A stretch of 63,513 bases of DNA, filler included, from Intoshia linei (taxonomy: Eukaryota; Animalia; Orthonectida), in the NCBI GenBank assembly GCA_001642005.1. It is 4 parts of 4 records of this genome, joined end to end, with 100 filler letters (N's around TTAATTAATTAA, not from the genome) between each part and the next. Parts side by side here need not be neighbours in the genome. Positions count along the whole stretch, not along the records: positions 1 to 20,387 come from LWCA01000687.1; 3 more parts are not named here. One strand, 5' to 3'. Made by a program: the position numbers and the translations under genes. The notes below the pieces were generated by a model. The model saw nothing but the letters and a program-made list of their open reading frames with translations, did no database searches and had not been told where the DNA came from. Each line of letters opens with the position of its first letter. Within the stretch, counting starts at the first letter, position 1. This document shows positions 1-12,500 of the stretch, piece after piece.

Positions 1-329
1 TAATTATTTCAAATAGAATTTTTAGAAAATATTTATTAGTTAATTTCAGGTATAGAAATATATATTTTCATTACTTAACCATTAAAAGTTTTAATTAAAA
101 TATATCTTTTATAGGTACTTTATATTAAGTATTAGATTATCAACATTAATTTGTAAATTTGTTTCGTCTTTTTAATGAAGCCCATAACGATTCAATCTTA
201 TTTGTGTGGTAACCTGTCAGGGTCCACAAAATTTTGTGAGTTAATTACCACGCCATGGTCGAATCCATATAATGGAATTCTCGTATAGGATGTAATAATG
301 GAACCAGGTCAAATCTATTCCGTTCTAAT

Positions 330-600
330 ATGTCACTTCATCATAGAAGGTCATTCATGGACCTCAACCTCATCCATAAAATACTAAATTCAAACATAAT
401 CTCACCTATCCAATTTAACTACACAACAACCCGACAAAATATAAAAATATTTAAAAAACAATTTGCGACAAACCTCCACAAAAATTCCTTCTACAACCGA
501 ATAACGAACCACTGGAACTAACTACCCAAAGCAATTACATCACTCAAATCCTCAACAGTTTTCAAAAAGCAAACCACAAAAGTTGATTTTAAAAAAACTA
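330..600 (+). mobile_element. 5'-truncated non-LTR retrotransposon (CR1/L2-type LINE) ORF2 C-terminal remnant
   Basis: Translation SLHHRRSFMDLNLIHKIL...TTR...NSFYNRITNHWN*LPKAITSLKSSTVFKK fits the L..RR...DL...KI / SF..R....WN.LP / S...FK pattern at the C-terminus of CR1/L2 ORF2. There is one in-frame stop. Confidence 0.75.
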
Positions 601-1120
601 TTACTTAAAGCAATATATATTGTATACAAGCAAATTGCGTACTTCAATAAATCATTATTATTTTAAATTTGAAATTGTTAGAAATTTCAATTCAAATTTT
701 ATTGTTCTTTTTGTTTCTAAGACATTTCGAAAAGTACTTATAAGTTACTATTATTATTATAATTTTATAAGTCTTATAAAACCTGGACACTCTAAAACAG
801 AATTTGACATTAATGTAATTTATTTTCGAAAATTCTTTCAAGTTTAAAAAATATAGCTGTTAATTTTACTTGTAAAATGATTTTTATTCAAAAATTTTCT
901 GGCACCCCAAAAACTGAAACAGACTAAAAATAAATAGACAAATTTTTAATAAAATTACTTTATATACATGTAAGTAAGAATGATACAATTTAATCTAATT
1001 ATAAATTAATTTTTAATTGGAAAAACTAATTTTCTGCTTACTGTCTCGGTTAATATAAAATGTGCCAATGATAACCATTTAAAAACTATTAAAATTTAGT
1101 AAATATATTATTGCAAAACA

Positions 1121-2037
1121 TTAAATTTTACAAAAGCTTTGTCGACCTCTGGTATATAGATCAATATTTAAATTAAAAATGTATAAAATTACTAATAAAG
1201 AATGACAAATATGAATAAATATTATTATAGAACAATAATATAATTTGATTGAAATCAATTTGTAATATAAAACAGATAGAATGCTACCAAATACAAGATT
1301 GGCTAGAGCAGTAAATGCGATAAGATAAGGTGCAGTATAAGTAATCATTGACCCAACCATTTTGATATTTTCAAAACCGAATGAACCTGAAAATGTCAAC
1401 ATTTCAATCAAAAAGTTAATTGAATACATTGTGGTAATTAAAGACATGCCAAAACCAATAGCTAAAAAGTAATGTATACATTTATACAAATTGAAGTAAA
1501 TTTTACCAAATGTAAATGACACATTGTCGAATTCAAAATATTTATGAATCCCATTAGATTCATTCGGTAATTTTTTCAAAAGACTTTTCAATTTACTAAA
1601 TTTAAACGATATCATAATTAACAATTGCATGTGTTACATGAAAAATAGGTATATGAGGAATCTGAAAAGTTCATAAATCAGAACGTATAAAATGACTGAT
1701 ATTTGCGGGAATTTATCCAATTTTGCTAAAGTTGCATAACGTAACAAGGAAGATACAAATAATGACAAAATCGAACCAAACGATCTAAAATACAATGAAA
1801 ACAAATGTACATTCAACTTTCTAAAAAGGATATAGAAATAATAAAAAAGTATAAATTGTTTTCGTTATCTATTTAATTTGTAGCAGTACTTGTCCAATAC
1901 TCAAATATGTATGATAAATTTAAAAGTTACGCGATAAAGGCAACTAGTATGAATTTTGGTGACTTTCGGAAATATATAATAATTGCAAAAACATGACAAT
2001 ATGATATAAGAAACATTGATATACTTTCTAAATACAT
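1121..2037 (-). CDS. APH1: Gamma-secretase subunit APH-1, highly divergent (spliced; 3' end either 1121 or about 1013)
   Basis: Exons 2037-1931 (MYLESISMFLISYCHVFAIIIYFRKSPKFILVAFIA), 1784-1638 (SFGSILSLFVSSLL...IYELFRFLIYLFF), 1595-1507, and 1461 onward (AIGFGMSLITTMYSINFL...FIHICHSLL). By eye these align to APH-1 segments FWLVSLLLAS, QEVFRFAYYKLLKK, GLSFGIISGVFSVINIL and SHLLTSGL. Intron positions and phases resemble those recalled for vertebrate APH1. Confidence 0.75.
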
Positions 2038-2398
2038 GGAAAACAAATTTGATTATAAAGTTATATAAATTTCAATCGTAAAAAATGTTTATAAAAAAGT
2101 GTAAATTAAACACGCGTTACCAATATTACAAAATTTGAATAAAGTTATATTTTCATTTTAGTGGAACGATTCATTTTTTTATCCATGCGAATAAGCAATA
2201 TCAACCACAATTGAGTCGATTATAAGATTAAAATTGTGTGAACAAATGAATCTTAAATTATTAATGTGTACTCAACTATCAGTTAAATTTCGCAACTAAT
2301 TTGTGGAATTATAATGATGCTGATATATCTTGATCTTAAAAGAAATAGTACCTTGTACTAGCTAAAAATAAATCAATGAAACAATATGAGGCTATTAT

Positions 2399-3217
2399 TC
2401 CTACTTATATAATATGCTACGCTTTTTTTGTTTGTGTGTGTTAAACTTTATTTAAATAACTTATTTTAATATGACGGGTCCCGTCGTAGAATTTTATAAA
2501 GTCCACGTTTCAATTAAAGTTTTTTCAAAAATAATTTTTTATATATTATCTACCAATATTTTTCAAATATTTCGATTAAAATAAAAATATTGATCCTACA
2601 ATTTTAAAAAAAATGTGCAGTGAACGTCTACACATTTCCAATAAAGAAATATGGGTTAAAAATCTATATAATTCATTCCTACGGAATTTTTTTCATTGCT
2701 ACGCAATTTTTAAATTTCAAATTCTCATTTTGAATACAATTTAATAGAAACTAAAACAACTTTGTTAATATCATTTCTATATTACAATCCTTTGCAATTT
2801 TGGAAAAATTCGACTAAAATGTTTATACAGTGAAGATTCGGTTAATTATCAATACATAATTGGTACTGTATATAATATCATCAAATTGAAAATGACAAAA
2901 TAGGTTTTTATAATTTTATTTTTTGTGGAATTTATGCTATTTATGACAATTTTTAGGATTGGACTGTTTTTACTTTATTTTAAATGTTAACAAACATAAA
3001 ATTAAGATGGAATAATTCACTTTAAAGTAAAAAGTAATGTGATATGATGGTTCTACCTAACACAAATTGGGGAACCACTCTTTTAAAGGATTGATAATAG
3101 TGAATAGTAACATTTTTAAGTTAGATTTTCAACGTGAATTTATTTTTTTGGTATAAAAAAATGTGCCCTCGGCAAAGCTAGGTGCTGTTTATACGTAGTA
3201 CATTACAGTCAACCTAG
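2399..3217 (+). mobile_element. Non-autonomous Helitron-like element, apparently full length
   Basis: 5' TCCTACTTATATAAT followed by a GT/GTTT microsatellite. The 3' hairpin ctaggtgctgtttatacgtagtacattacagtcaacctag ends CTAG|T. No TSD or TIR. The body recurs at about 11640-12424 and 39935-41268. Confidence 0.7.
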
Positions 3218-3539
3218 TATATTATCAATTATGACATAAATTATTCACTACCAGTATACACAGAAACTATATATGGAAGGATAAAGATTTTCAATTGAGA
3301 CAGTCGTTTTTCCCAAACATTATTATGCAAATTTTTTGCAATTATCTCTGACCAAAATTTAAGATTTTCGGCTAATTTTTCCTACTTCTAAATACACACT
3401 TTCAGTATAATACAAAAAATGAACCCAAAACGTTTCTTAAATCCCCTAAAAATTACTAGTACTGACCATTTAAATTGAAATTCTATACAATAATAAAAAC
3501 GTATATTTTTATAACAACAGAAAAATGAAATTGTTAAAT

Positions 3540-6500
3540 TTAAATTTTTTTAGACTTCTTTGGTAACTTTTCATTAATAATTTCATTAGACGATTCGAAA
3601 TCATCCAATTCTGTAAATTTATTGTAACTCTTTGTATCTAAAACACGCATTTCTGCTAAATTTTTAGTAGAATGGGAGGGAGAATAATACAAATTGCTTT
3701 TATTTTTTATAGAAGGACTATTTTCTTTTCTTTGCCGATATCCCTTTTTATAGTCTCGATTTTTTAGTTTCTTTAGTGTTTCGTTACACATAAATGAATT
3801 TAAACTTTTGTGAATATTTGGTGAAGATGCCCATAGAAACCGCTTCAAATTTTGACTGTGTAAATTTGATTTGTGTTTAATACCTGCCGATAAATTTTGG
3901 TTGCTATTTTTTGAGTCAAAACTATAATTATCAGATTGACATGAATTACTGTTGTATTTAGAATTTATAGAGGTTATCGAAATATTATAGTTATCACTAG
4001 ACACACGCGATCGATTGATATTTTTTCGCATGATACTGCCTTTTGCTGTTCTAACTGGTGATTTGACTTTGATAATTTCATCCAATTCTTCAGGTAATTG
4101 ATAACAATTAAATTTTTTATCGGTAGGAGATTTCAATTTTATGTTTTTTATGTGTCGTTTTGTTGTTTTTTCATCAAAAACACTCACACTTTGACATTTT
4201 TTATCCAATTTTTTAATGTTTTTTATATTTTGCAAAATTGTATTCTTATATAAGGTTGGTTGAATTGCACTAGTTTTTCTTTTTTCATTGTCTTTTATTT
4301 TAAGTTTTTCTTTTTCTTTTTCTTTTTCTTTTGCTTTTTTTCTTGTATTTTCTAATTTTTCTTCATTTTCTACATTTTTAATGTTTACATCATTTAAAGT
4401 TTCCATACTCATAGTTACTAGTTTATCATTTTTCATTTTTACTATTTCATTGTTTAATTCTATTGACTGATTGTCAAAATTGAAAACATCGTTATTTTTA
4501 AACTCGCTAAAGCTTAAATCTATAGTGGACAAGGATTTTTTCATATTGTAACTTCCAAATTTTAAATTCAAATCTGCGTAATCATTTTTGTTTTCCGAGT
4601 TGGAATTTTGCAATGGTTTATATGTTAAATGTACACTTTTTATTTTTTTTCTTCCATAATTGTATTGTACTGTGCTTAAAGTTTTTGAAACTGGTTTAAA
4701 TTTGTTGGGCATATCTAAATATTTTTATTAAAAGAGTATCTTACTCTTCGTTTGAAGATTTAGTCATTATGTAGAACTGTCTCTCAAACGGTCTGCTCAG
4801 CGAAATATTGAAATCGAGCTATACACAATTTCACTAAGGGTCAGTTAAATCAGATTTGTTTGATTTTTCTCAAAACAACCTTATAACACCCAAGTTTTTT
4901 TATAGAAATATTTGAATAAGAGGATATTTCCCTTAAGCGTTGGTTAAATTATGTTTTTGAAAAAAAATATTTGAAAAACGGGATCTTCCCTTAAAGGTTG
5001 GTAAAATTGGATTTTTTGTTTTGGATTAAGAAGTTGTTCCTCATAGGATTTAGTAAAATAGTTTTTTTCAAAAAAATATTTGAAAAACGGGATCTTCCCT
5101 TAAAGGTTGGTAAAATTGGATTTTTTATTTTGTGGTTTAATTAATTTAGTGGATTTTCCAAAAAACTATCGGTAAAATGCCATTATTCCGTGAAAATTTG
5201 TAATGATATTTTTTATTTAATTTTATTAATGGTGGAATTAAAAGTGAGATTTTTTAAATAATAATGTAGCGGTCATCTAGGTTTTGGGATAAATTCCCAA
5301 CATTTGGCAATTCTAATAAATATTAAAAATTTTATAAAAATAAACAAAAGTTGATAAAATTTTTTTTGATATTTTATTTGAATTTCACGTACCCCAGGTA
5401 TATAGTATTGGACCACAATCGGGAATCACTGCTTTAGAGATAAATTAAATTTTACCAACAATTTATGGAAAAATATACACATACCAATAAATTCAAGAAA
5501 AATCTGTTTTTACGAACCATTTAAAAAACACATTTACCAACCCTTTTGACTCAAAAGTTTTGAGAATAATCACATTTTACAAAACATTCAGAAAAAATAC
5601 GTTTAGGTTTCTAAAAAAAATTTCTGACAATTATTCTTAGTAATCATAATTTTTATTTATTGAAAGCCGTCAAAAATGGATTATATGGAATTTAACATTA
5701 CAAATTCGCAATATATCTTATAATACAATACCTGTTGTTTTTGGTATACTATTTTTTCTCTTTTTAATTTTTTCATTTGCATCTTTCTACAAACAAAATG
5801 ATAAATTAACTTTAACTAATAACCTCGATTCCCAATGCTTTGCAAGCTTCAAGTCTCATTTGGAAATCCTTCATTGAATCATCAAATGATCTGGACAGTG
5901 TATCTTCTTGATCTTTCAAACTTTGACTATGTAAGTATTATTAATTGTAAACTTTTATAAACTCAAAAAAAAAATAAATATACTTTTGTGATACCTAAAA
6001 CTAATTTTGTCTTGACTGGACCAGTGCCGTGTAAATACGTATGTACCAGACAATTTACTTATACTAATTTGGTAAGGCGATTGGTGTAAAGTTTTATTAT
6101 TCATCTTATAATGTTTTCTGTGGTGTAATTTCGTTTTTTTCAGTTAATAAATTGATATAATAATAATATTAGAGATTAATAAAATTAATGACTATTTTTT
6201 GAATCAGAATTATTTTACACGGCTTTAAAATAATTTTCTGCAGAATGCACCGAAAATTAGTCACAAGATATTGATCGCTGAGTACGAGTTGTTATTCATA
6301 ACCATTCTACGTTTAGTAAATGGATTCTTAACTTGGGTTGTTAAATCTAATTTCAGTAAACTGAAAAAAGACTAAAAACCCATGATGTATGAAAGAATAA
6401 TTTTTAACTAAATGTTAACATTATCCTATTTTTGTAACTTGTGATTAAAATGTTTATTTAAAATAAATTACCTAATTGCATCAGTATTTTCTTTACGAAC

Positions 6501-9500
6501 AACATCCTAAATGAACTTTTAAATAGAATGAAATTACTAACAAAAATGAATAACTAAAAAGTAATTGTCATTTATTTACATCACATTGTTCCAAATTGTA
6601 ACCTACTACTACATGAAATACATAGTTATTGCACAGATAGAAATAATACCAATCAAAATTTTTCACAAAAAATTGATATTTTTGAATTTATAAATTAAGA
6701 CGAAATAATTCACAATAAAGTAAAAAGTAATGTGATATGACGGTTCCACCTGAAACAAATTTGGGAACCACTCTTTTAAAAATTGATAATAGTGAATAGT
6801 AGGATTTTTAAGTTAGATTTTCAACGTGAATTTATTTTTTAAGTATAATAAAAATGTGCTCTCGGCAGAGCTAGGTCCTGTTTGTACGTAGTATGTAAAT
6901 TTATTTTTTGGTAGTATAAAAATGTTCCCTCGGTAGAACTAGGCTACGGGGATTGATAATAGTGAATAGTAGAATTTTTAAGTTAGATTTTCAACGTGAA
7001 TTTTTTGATATGAGAAAAATGTGCCCTCGGCAGATCTAGGTTCTGCTTGTACGTAGTACATAACAGTTAACCTAGTTAAAGTATAATAATAAGATAAAGG
7101 TATTCAAAAAATTTTCAGACAAGTTTAGCGGTTACAATTCTATTCTCTAAAATGACATTTTTCATAAAATTACCAAGAGCAAAATAAATAGTTGATTCAT
7201 CACATTTAAACTTTGCAATTGTTCGTTTACATTATTTTGAGTATAAGATTGTAAATCGTAATTATCATGTTTCTTTAACAAATCTTCAGATTGAATTTTA
7301 TGAATTTTTCTGTAATTTCGGCAAGTTTTCGAATCCAAAGACTATTAATAAAATTAAATCAAAAAAAAAACTTCAAAATAGTCAAAATAAAGCAAGTAAT
7401 TAGTATCACTGATTACCATATTAATTTTTTTATTGGAGTCATTAGTTGGAGTCATAACTTTTCCGGGAAATTTTGGCGAATCTAAAAATGATTGTTTTAT
7501 ACAGTTTGATAAATTTAGAAACTACATAATTTTTATAAATTGAAAAACTAAAAAAATTAATAAGCAATTTTCTGTATTTACTTTAAATGAATTTTTGTTT
7601 TTGAAAATAAAAGTTACTAAAAAAGTAAACTTACAATTTTCAGATTGAACTTGAGAAGACATACTACCTCTTTTGTTGGTAATGTTTGGTTCCAAATCTT
7701 CGTCTAAAATAATATATTAGAGTAGTTATAATTATAAAGAAACTATAATTGAAAAATTTTTCATTTATGTAATATCAAATTATACCTATAGCATCATAAA
7801 CGTAAATAATATCACTTTTATGTTTTTGAATTTCTTTAGAGTTATTAACTGAGGAATTGAGTAATCTTGTCATATGACTGACTAGACAAATAAATTAAAA
7901 TTGAAACGTAAAATGTTCAATCTAAAATGTAATATACCCTGTTTGTTAAAATCTACACACAAATTATCAATATTAAAGTTGGTTATTCTGCAGTTTTCAT
8001 CACCTATTGATGTCTAAACGTATTAAAATAAAAATTTAAAATGAAAAATGAAGAAAGTTACACTAGAAAGATCGGAAGATAGAAGATAATTTTTTTCTGG
8101 CGTAAAATGGTGCATTTTGTCAAAAATTTTTGATTTTTGTATCATCATATTTGACATATTAACATCTATTTCTTTAATGAGGCCTTAATTTGAATTAGTA
8201 CTACTACTATTATTACTTACTCAATTCTTGTTTACTTTTACTAATTTGTTGACTGCTCATGTCATAATTTTCCTTTTCAATCTTTATAAACTCGTCTAAA
8301 TTTAAAAATAAAAAAAAAAATCAGTAAAAAATACTAATTTTATGGCAAATTTGATTTCTTGTCAATGAAACCCATTTTCTCAAGACAACTAATCGATCAA
8401 ATAACAACTCGTATGTAATTGGCTTTGTTGACAGGTCAAATACATTCATTAGAACTGAATATTCAATTTTTTTCATTTTTAATGTATCTCTCGATGAAGC
8501 TGACTGTTTCAATAAGGGTAAGTCTAAAATTAATGGTTGAATCGATATCATTTGCGTGCCAAATATTTGAATCGAGGGCTATATAAATCATTAAATTTTT
8601 TTAAACTTTTTAATTAATTTGATAAAATAAAATATACACATTTTCCCAAATTGGCAAATGAATAAACTTGTTCTTTTTGTACAAAAAATATTATCATTGT
8701 GGTAAATGTGACCATATATACAGGAATTTCTAAAAAATATTTTTTATACAGTACTTACAATGTTTGTAAGGATTCCTCACTTATATTAGTAACGTAAAAG
8801 TTAAAAATGAGTGTAAATCTGTGTGCAACTATTTATTTAGAAAACTGACAGTCTCAGAAATTTCAAAAACAAAAATTCAAACTCAGTTTTTTCGAGTGCA
8901 GATATTAAGATGTATTTCAAATTGAAAAATTGGCACCTTCACGACAAAACCACAAATTACCCCTTTTTTTTTTAAATTATGACTCATAATTTATAATGAT
9001 AAAAAACACAAATTTTGGAGCAGTTTTTAAAATGAATAGCAGCCTCAAAAACTAGCATCATCACGATCAAAATCAAATTACAAATTACATTGTATTTAAA
9101 AAAATGAAAAAAAATAAATAGTCTTAGAATTTCGAAAAAAATCATAACTAATATGGTCTTTTACTTTACTTTACTTTAACGTACACAATAAATTTTAATC
9201 TCACAAGTTACGCTTTTATAGTCAAAACAGTAATTTACTATTGACTCATTTTTATGGAAAATGTTTTTTTAAAATCAAAACTATTAACAATTAACATTAT
9301 ATAAATAATTATAATTAATGGTCCTAGAAATTAAAAAAATTATTCTGACACAGTTTATTCTATTTGGTCTAAAGCAGTGATTCCCAAACTGTTGGTATTT
9401 ACCCACGAGTGGGTAATTTGTTATTTTTCATGGGTGATCGCGAAATTTGTTCTAAAAAATATGATTTTTTTTATTTTTTTTGTATTGCATGCACAGTAAC

Positions 9501-12500
9501 GTATGAAATATAATTTTTCCCATTGAGTCCTTCAGGGTCAAAAACACAATTTCCCCTTTATTTTATTATTTTGTAAAATTAATTTTTTAAAAAATTTTCT
9601 TATTGATACAAAATATTTTATATTATCGAAAAGAGATACTGAATATATTCCATCACATGATAAAATATAATAATACAGATATTTACCCCATTGTACACTG
9701 TACACATGAAAATTTAAATTTACATACAGCATATACTAGTCTATACTGTATTACAATTTCAAAAACATGTAAATTGCTACATAGAAATCCGAACCTACCA
9801 AATTTGAACCACCCGTAAATAAAAAATAGACCCAAATTTTTTTTTGCAAACAATGCGTAATGTAATATAGCCCCAGCTACCTATCTAGTGGTCTTGATTT
9901 GACATTTAAAATTTAACACACATAATACATGTAGTTATGATATTCAAGAATATATACAAGATATGTTAATTATAAAAATGAGGCTCCCTTTTACCAAAAT
10001 TTCATTTAGACTTCGAAGAAGGTATACATGTACATTGTACATGTATCTGTATGTACGGTAGGCTCGGCACTGTCCACGTATATTGTTTTGCATTTTATAT
10101 TTTTCTGAAATTCTAACCATGTTTTAAAAATATAAATACAATAAAATTTTAAGAAATACTTTTGCTACCACATTTTACGAAAATGTTTTCATCGTTTATG
10201 ACATCAAGTTTGTCAATGTTGCTCTGTAAGGTTGCTTTCTAAATACATATGCACTGAATATAACAAAAATGAAAAATATTTAGTATAATTGAGCTCTGCT
10301 AAACCTTAACACTGCAATGTTCATTACAATTATAAATGTAAATTTATTAAAATACATATAAATGTACGACATACATTAGTAAGTCCGGCATTTAGGAAAC
10401 ACTTTTCTATGATTTAAAATGTTGAAATATAAAAAATTTTATTTCATTGTTTTTAGCTTTAATGTTGACTTTTGTAATAGTGTAAAATTGTAGAGTTCTC
10501 GAATAAATTGTATATTTATGTCGCTAATAAAAATATGATAATAAAAAATAAAAATATGAGAAAATATTCTTAATAATTTCTCAGCCCAATTCCACCTTGA
10601 TACAAAGCTGATGTAACCAATGTTATTAGAAAAAAATTTAAAAATACGTACATTCATCAATTCATTGCCATTCATAATTGACGATTTAGAGTTGAAATTT
10701 CGAAGTACTGTTTCTAGTGTGTACCTTCCTTCAATACAAAATATAAATTTCTTTAATTTTTTAATTATGGCTTCGACCATTTCTTTATCGTCTATATAAA
10801 AATATAAGTAAATTATTTGCTAGTATGAATAACAAAGTGGGACATTTTTTGAAAAATTTAATTATAATTTTTCTAATTTATATTTATATTTTGTAGCTGC
10901 TATTCTTCTGAATCGAATGATGTGGGTCACTATCTGGTCAAATGCACGTTTCGATATACATAGATGTAGAATAGGAAAAATATATTTTATACAAGAAATT
11001 TACATTCATTGTGACGTTAAATTCACTAACTAAATTCATCAACTACATCTACTGTGTGTTAAATGTTACGTGTTAAACCGTATCAAATGTAATGTATTTA
11101 AATTCTTGAACTATTTTCATTTTTTAAAAAAAGGGTAATATGTGGTTTTGATGGTGAAAATCACTTTTTTGGGTTTGCGATTTATGATCATTTTTATGAT
11201 TTTAGAGTCTCTCATATAATTTATGTTGCATAACATTCTAGGAGGGTTTTCATTTTTAAAAAAAAGGAAAATTGGGGGTTGTCACTTTGAAAGATGCAAT
11301 TTTTAAAAATGAAATTTGCGATCATCATCCTCGAAACATTGTATTAGAAATGGGAATTTTTAAAATTCTATACCTATTACTTTTTTAAATAAATGGTAAC
11401 AAAGAAATAAGCAGACATAAATTTTCAATCTGAATAAGTGACGCCTTCACGGTCAAAAAAGTACTTTAGTATTCATATATTTTTTTCCGATATATTTTAT
11501 TAACAAAAAATGTGAAATAATTAACTGTCCGAAAATAAAAAAAAAAAATAAGATTATTCTGATAGAGGTTATTCCAGTTGATATAAATACAAAATTTCAA
11601 CCCCAGAAATCTACGCATTCCCGATGAAAAATAATTTTTAATATACTATCAACCAATATTTTTCAAATATTTCGATTAAAATCAAAAATTGAAAATGTAA
11701 TTGATCCTACAATTTTAAAAATAAAGTGCAATTTAAACGTCTACACATTTCCAATAAAGTATAATAAAAATCTATATAATTCATTCCTTCGCAATTTTTT
11801 TCATTGCTACGCAATTTTTCAATCTCACATTCTCATTTTAAAAACATTTTGTTTCAAATTTAAACTACAACAACGATACTAAAAATAATACAACTTTGTT
11901 ATTATCATTATCATTTTTATTACAATACTTTGCAATATTGGTAAAATTCGCCTGAAATTTGAAGTGAAGATTCCGTTAATTATTGATATATAATTGTATT
12001 TTTAAGTATTTATTAAATTGGTACTGATATATCATCACATTGAAAATGACAAACTAGGTTTATATAATTTTATTTTTTCTGGAATTTATGCTATTTATGA
12101 AAATTTTTAGGATTGGACTGTTTTTACTTTATTTTAATATTATAATCACATTCTGTCTAATAAATTAAAAAATTAAGATAACAATTGTTTTTAAAATTCT
12201 TAACGCAAATATTAACAAAACAAAATTAATATGGAATAATTTACTTTAAGTAAAAAGTAATGTGATATGACGGTTCCACCTAAAACAAGTTTGGGAATGA
12301 CTCCTTCAAATGATTGATAATAGTGAATAGTAGGATTTTTAAGTGAAACTTTTTTGGTAGAATAAAAATGTGCCTTCAGCAGAGTTAGGTACTGTTTGTA
12401 CGTAGTACATAATAGTCAAACTAGGTACTTTATATAAGTAAGGACTGTTATTGTTAAACGAAAACAATATATTATTAAAAGATAAAAATAACCTGTGCAG

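Noticed and set aside
1631-1636. In-frame TAA between ORFs 1816-1634 and 1630-1121, suggesting stop readthrough or an alternative genetic code
   Set aside because: The stop lies in a 42-nt GT-AG intron (1637-1596). All reconstructed genes use the standard code.
4288-4470. Plus-strand FS-repeat ORF
   Set aside because: Antisense shadow of the KE-rich stretch in the RhoGEF terminal exon.
4905-5130. Regularly spaced direct repeats resembling a CRISPR array (also 38020-38261 and 57235-57780)
   Set aside because: The 'spacers' are themselves similar, there are no cas genes, and the context is eukaryotic introns. These are TE-internal minisatellites.
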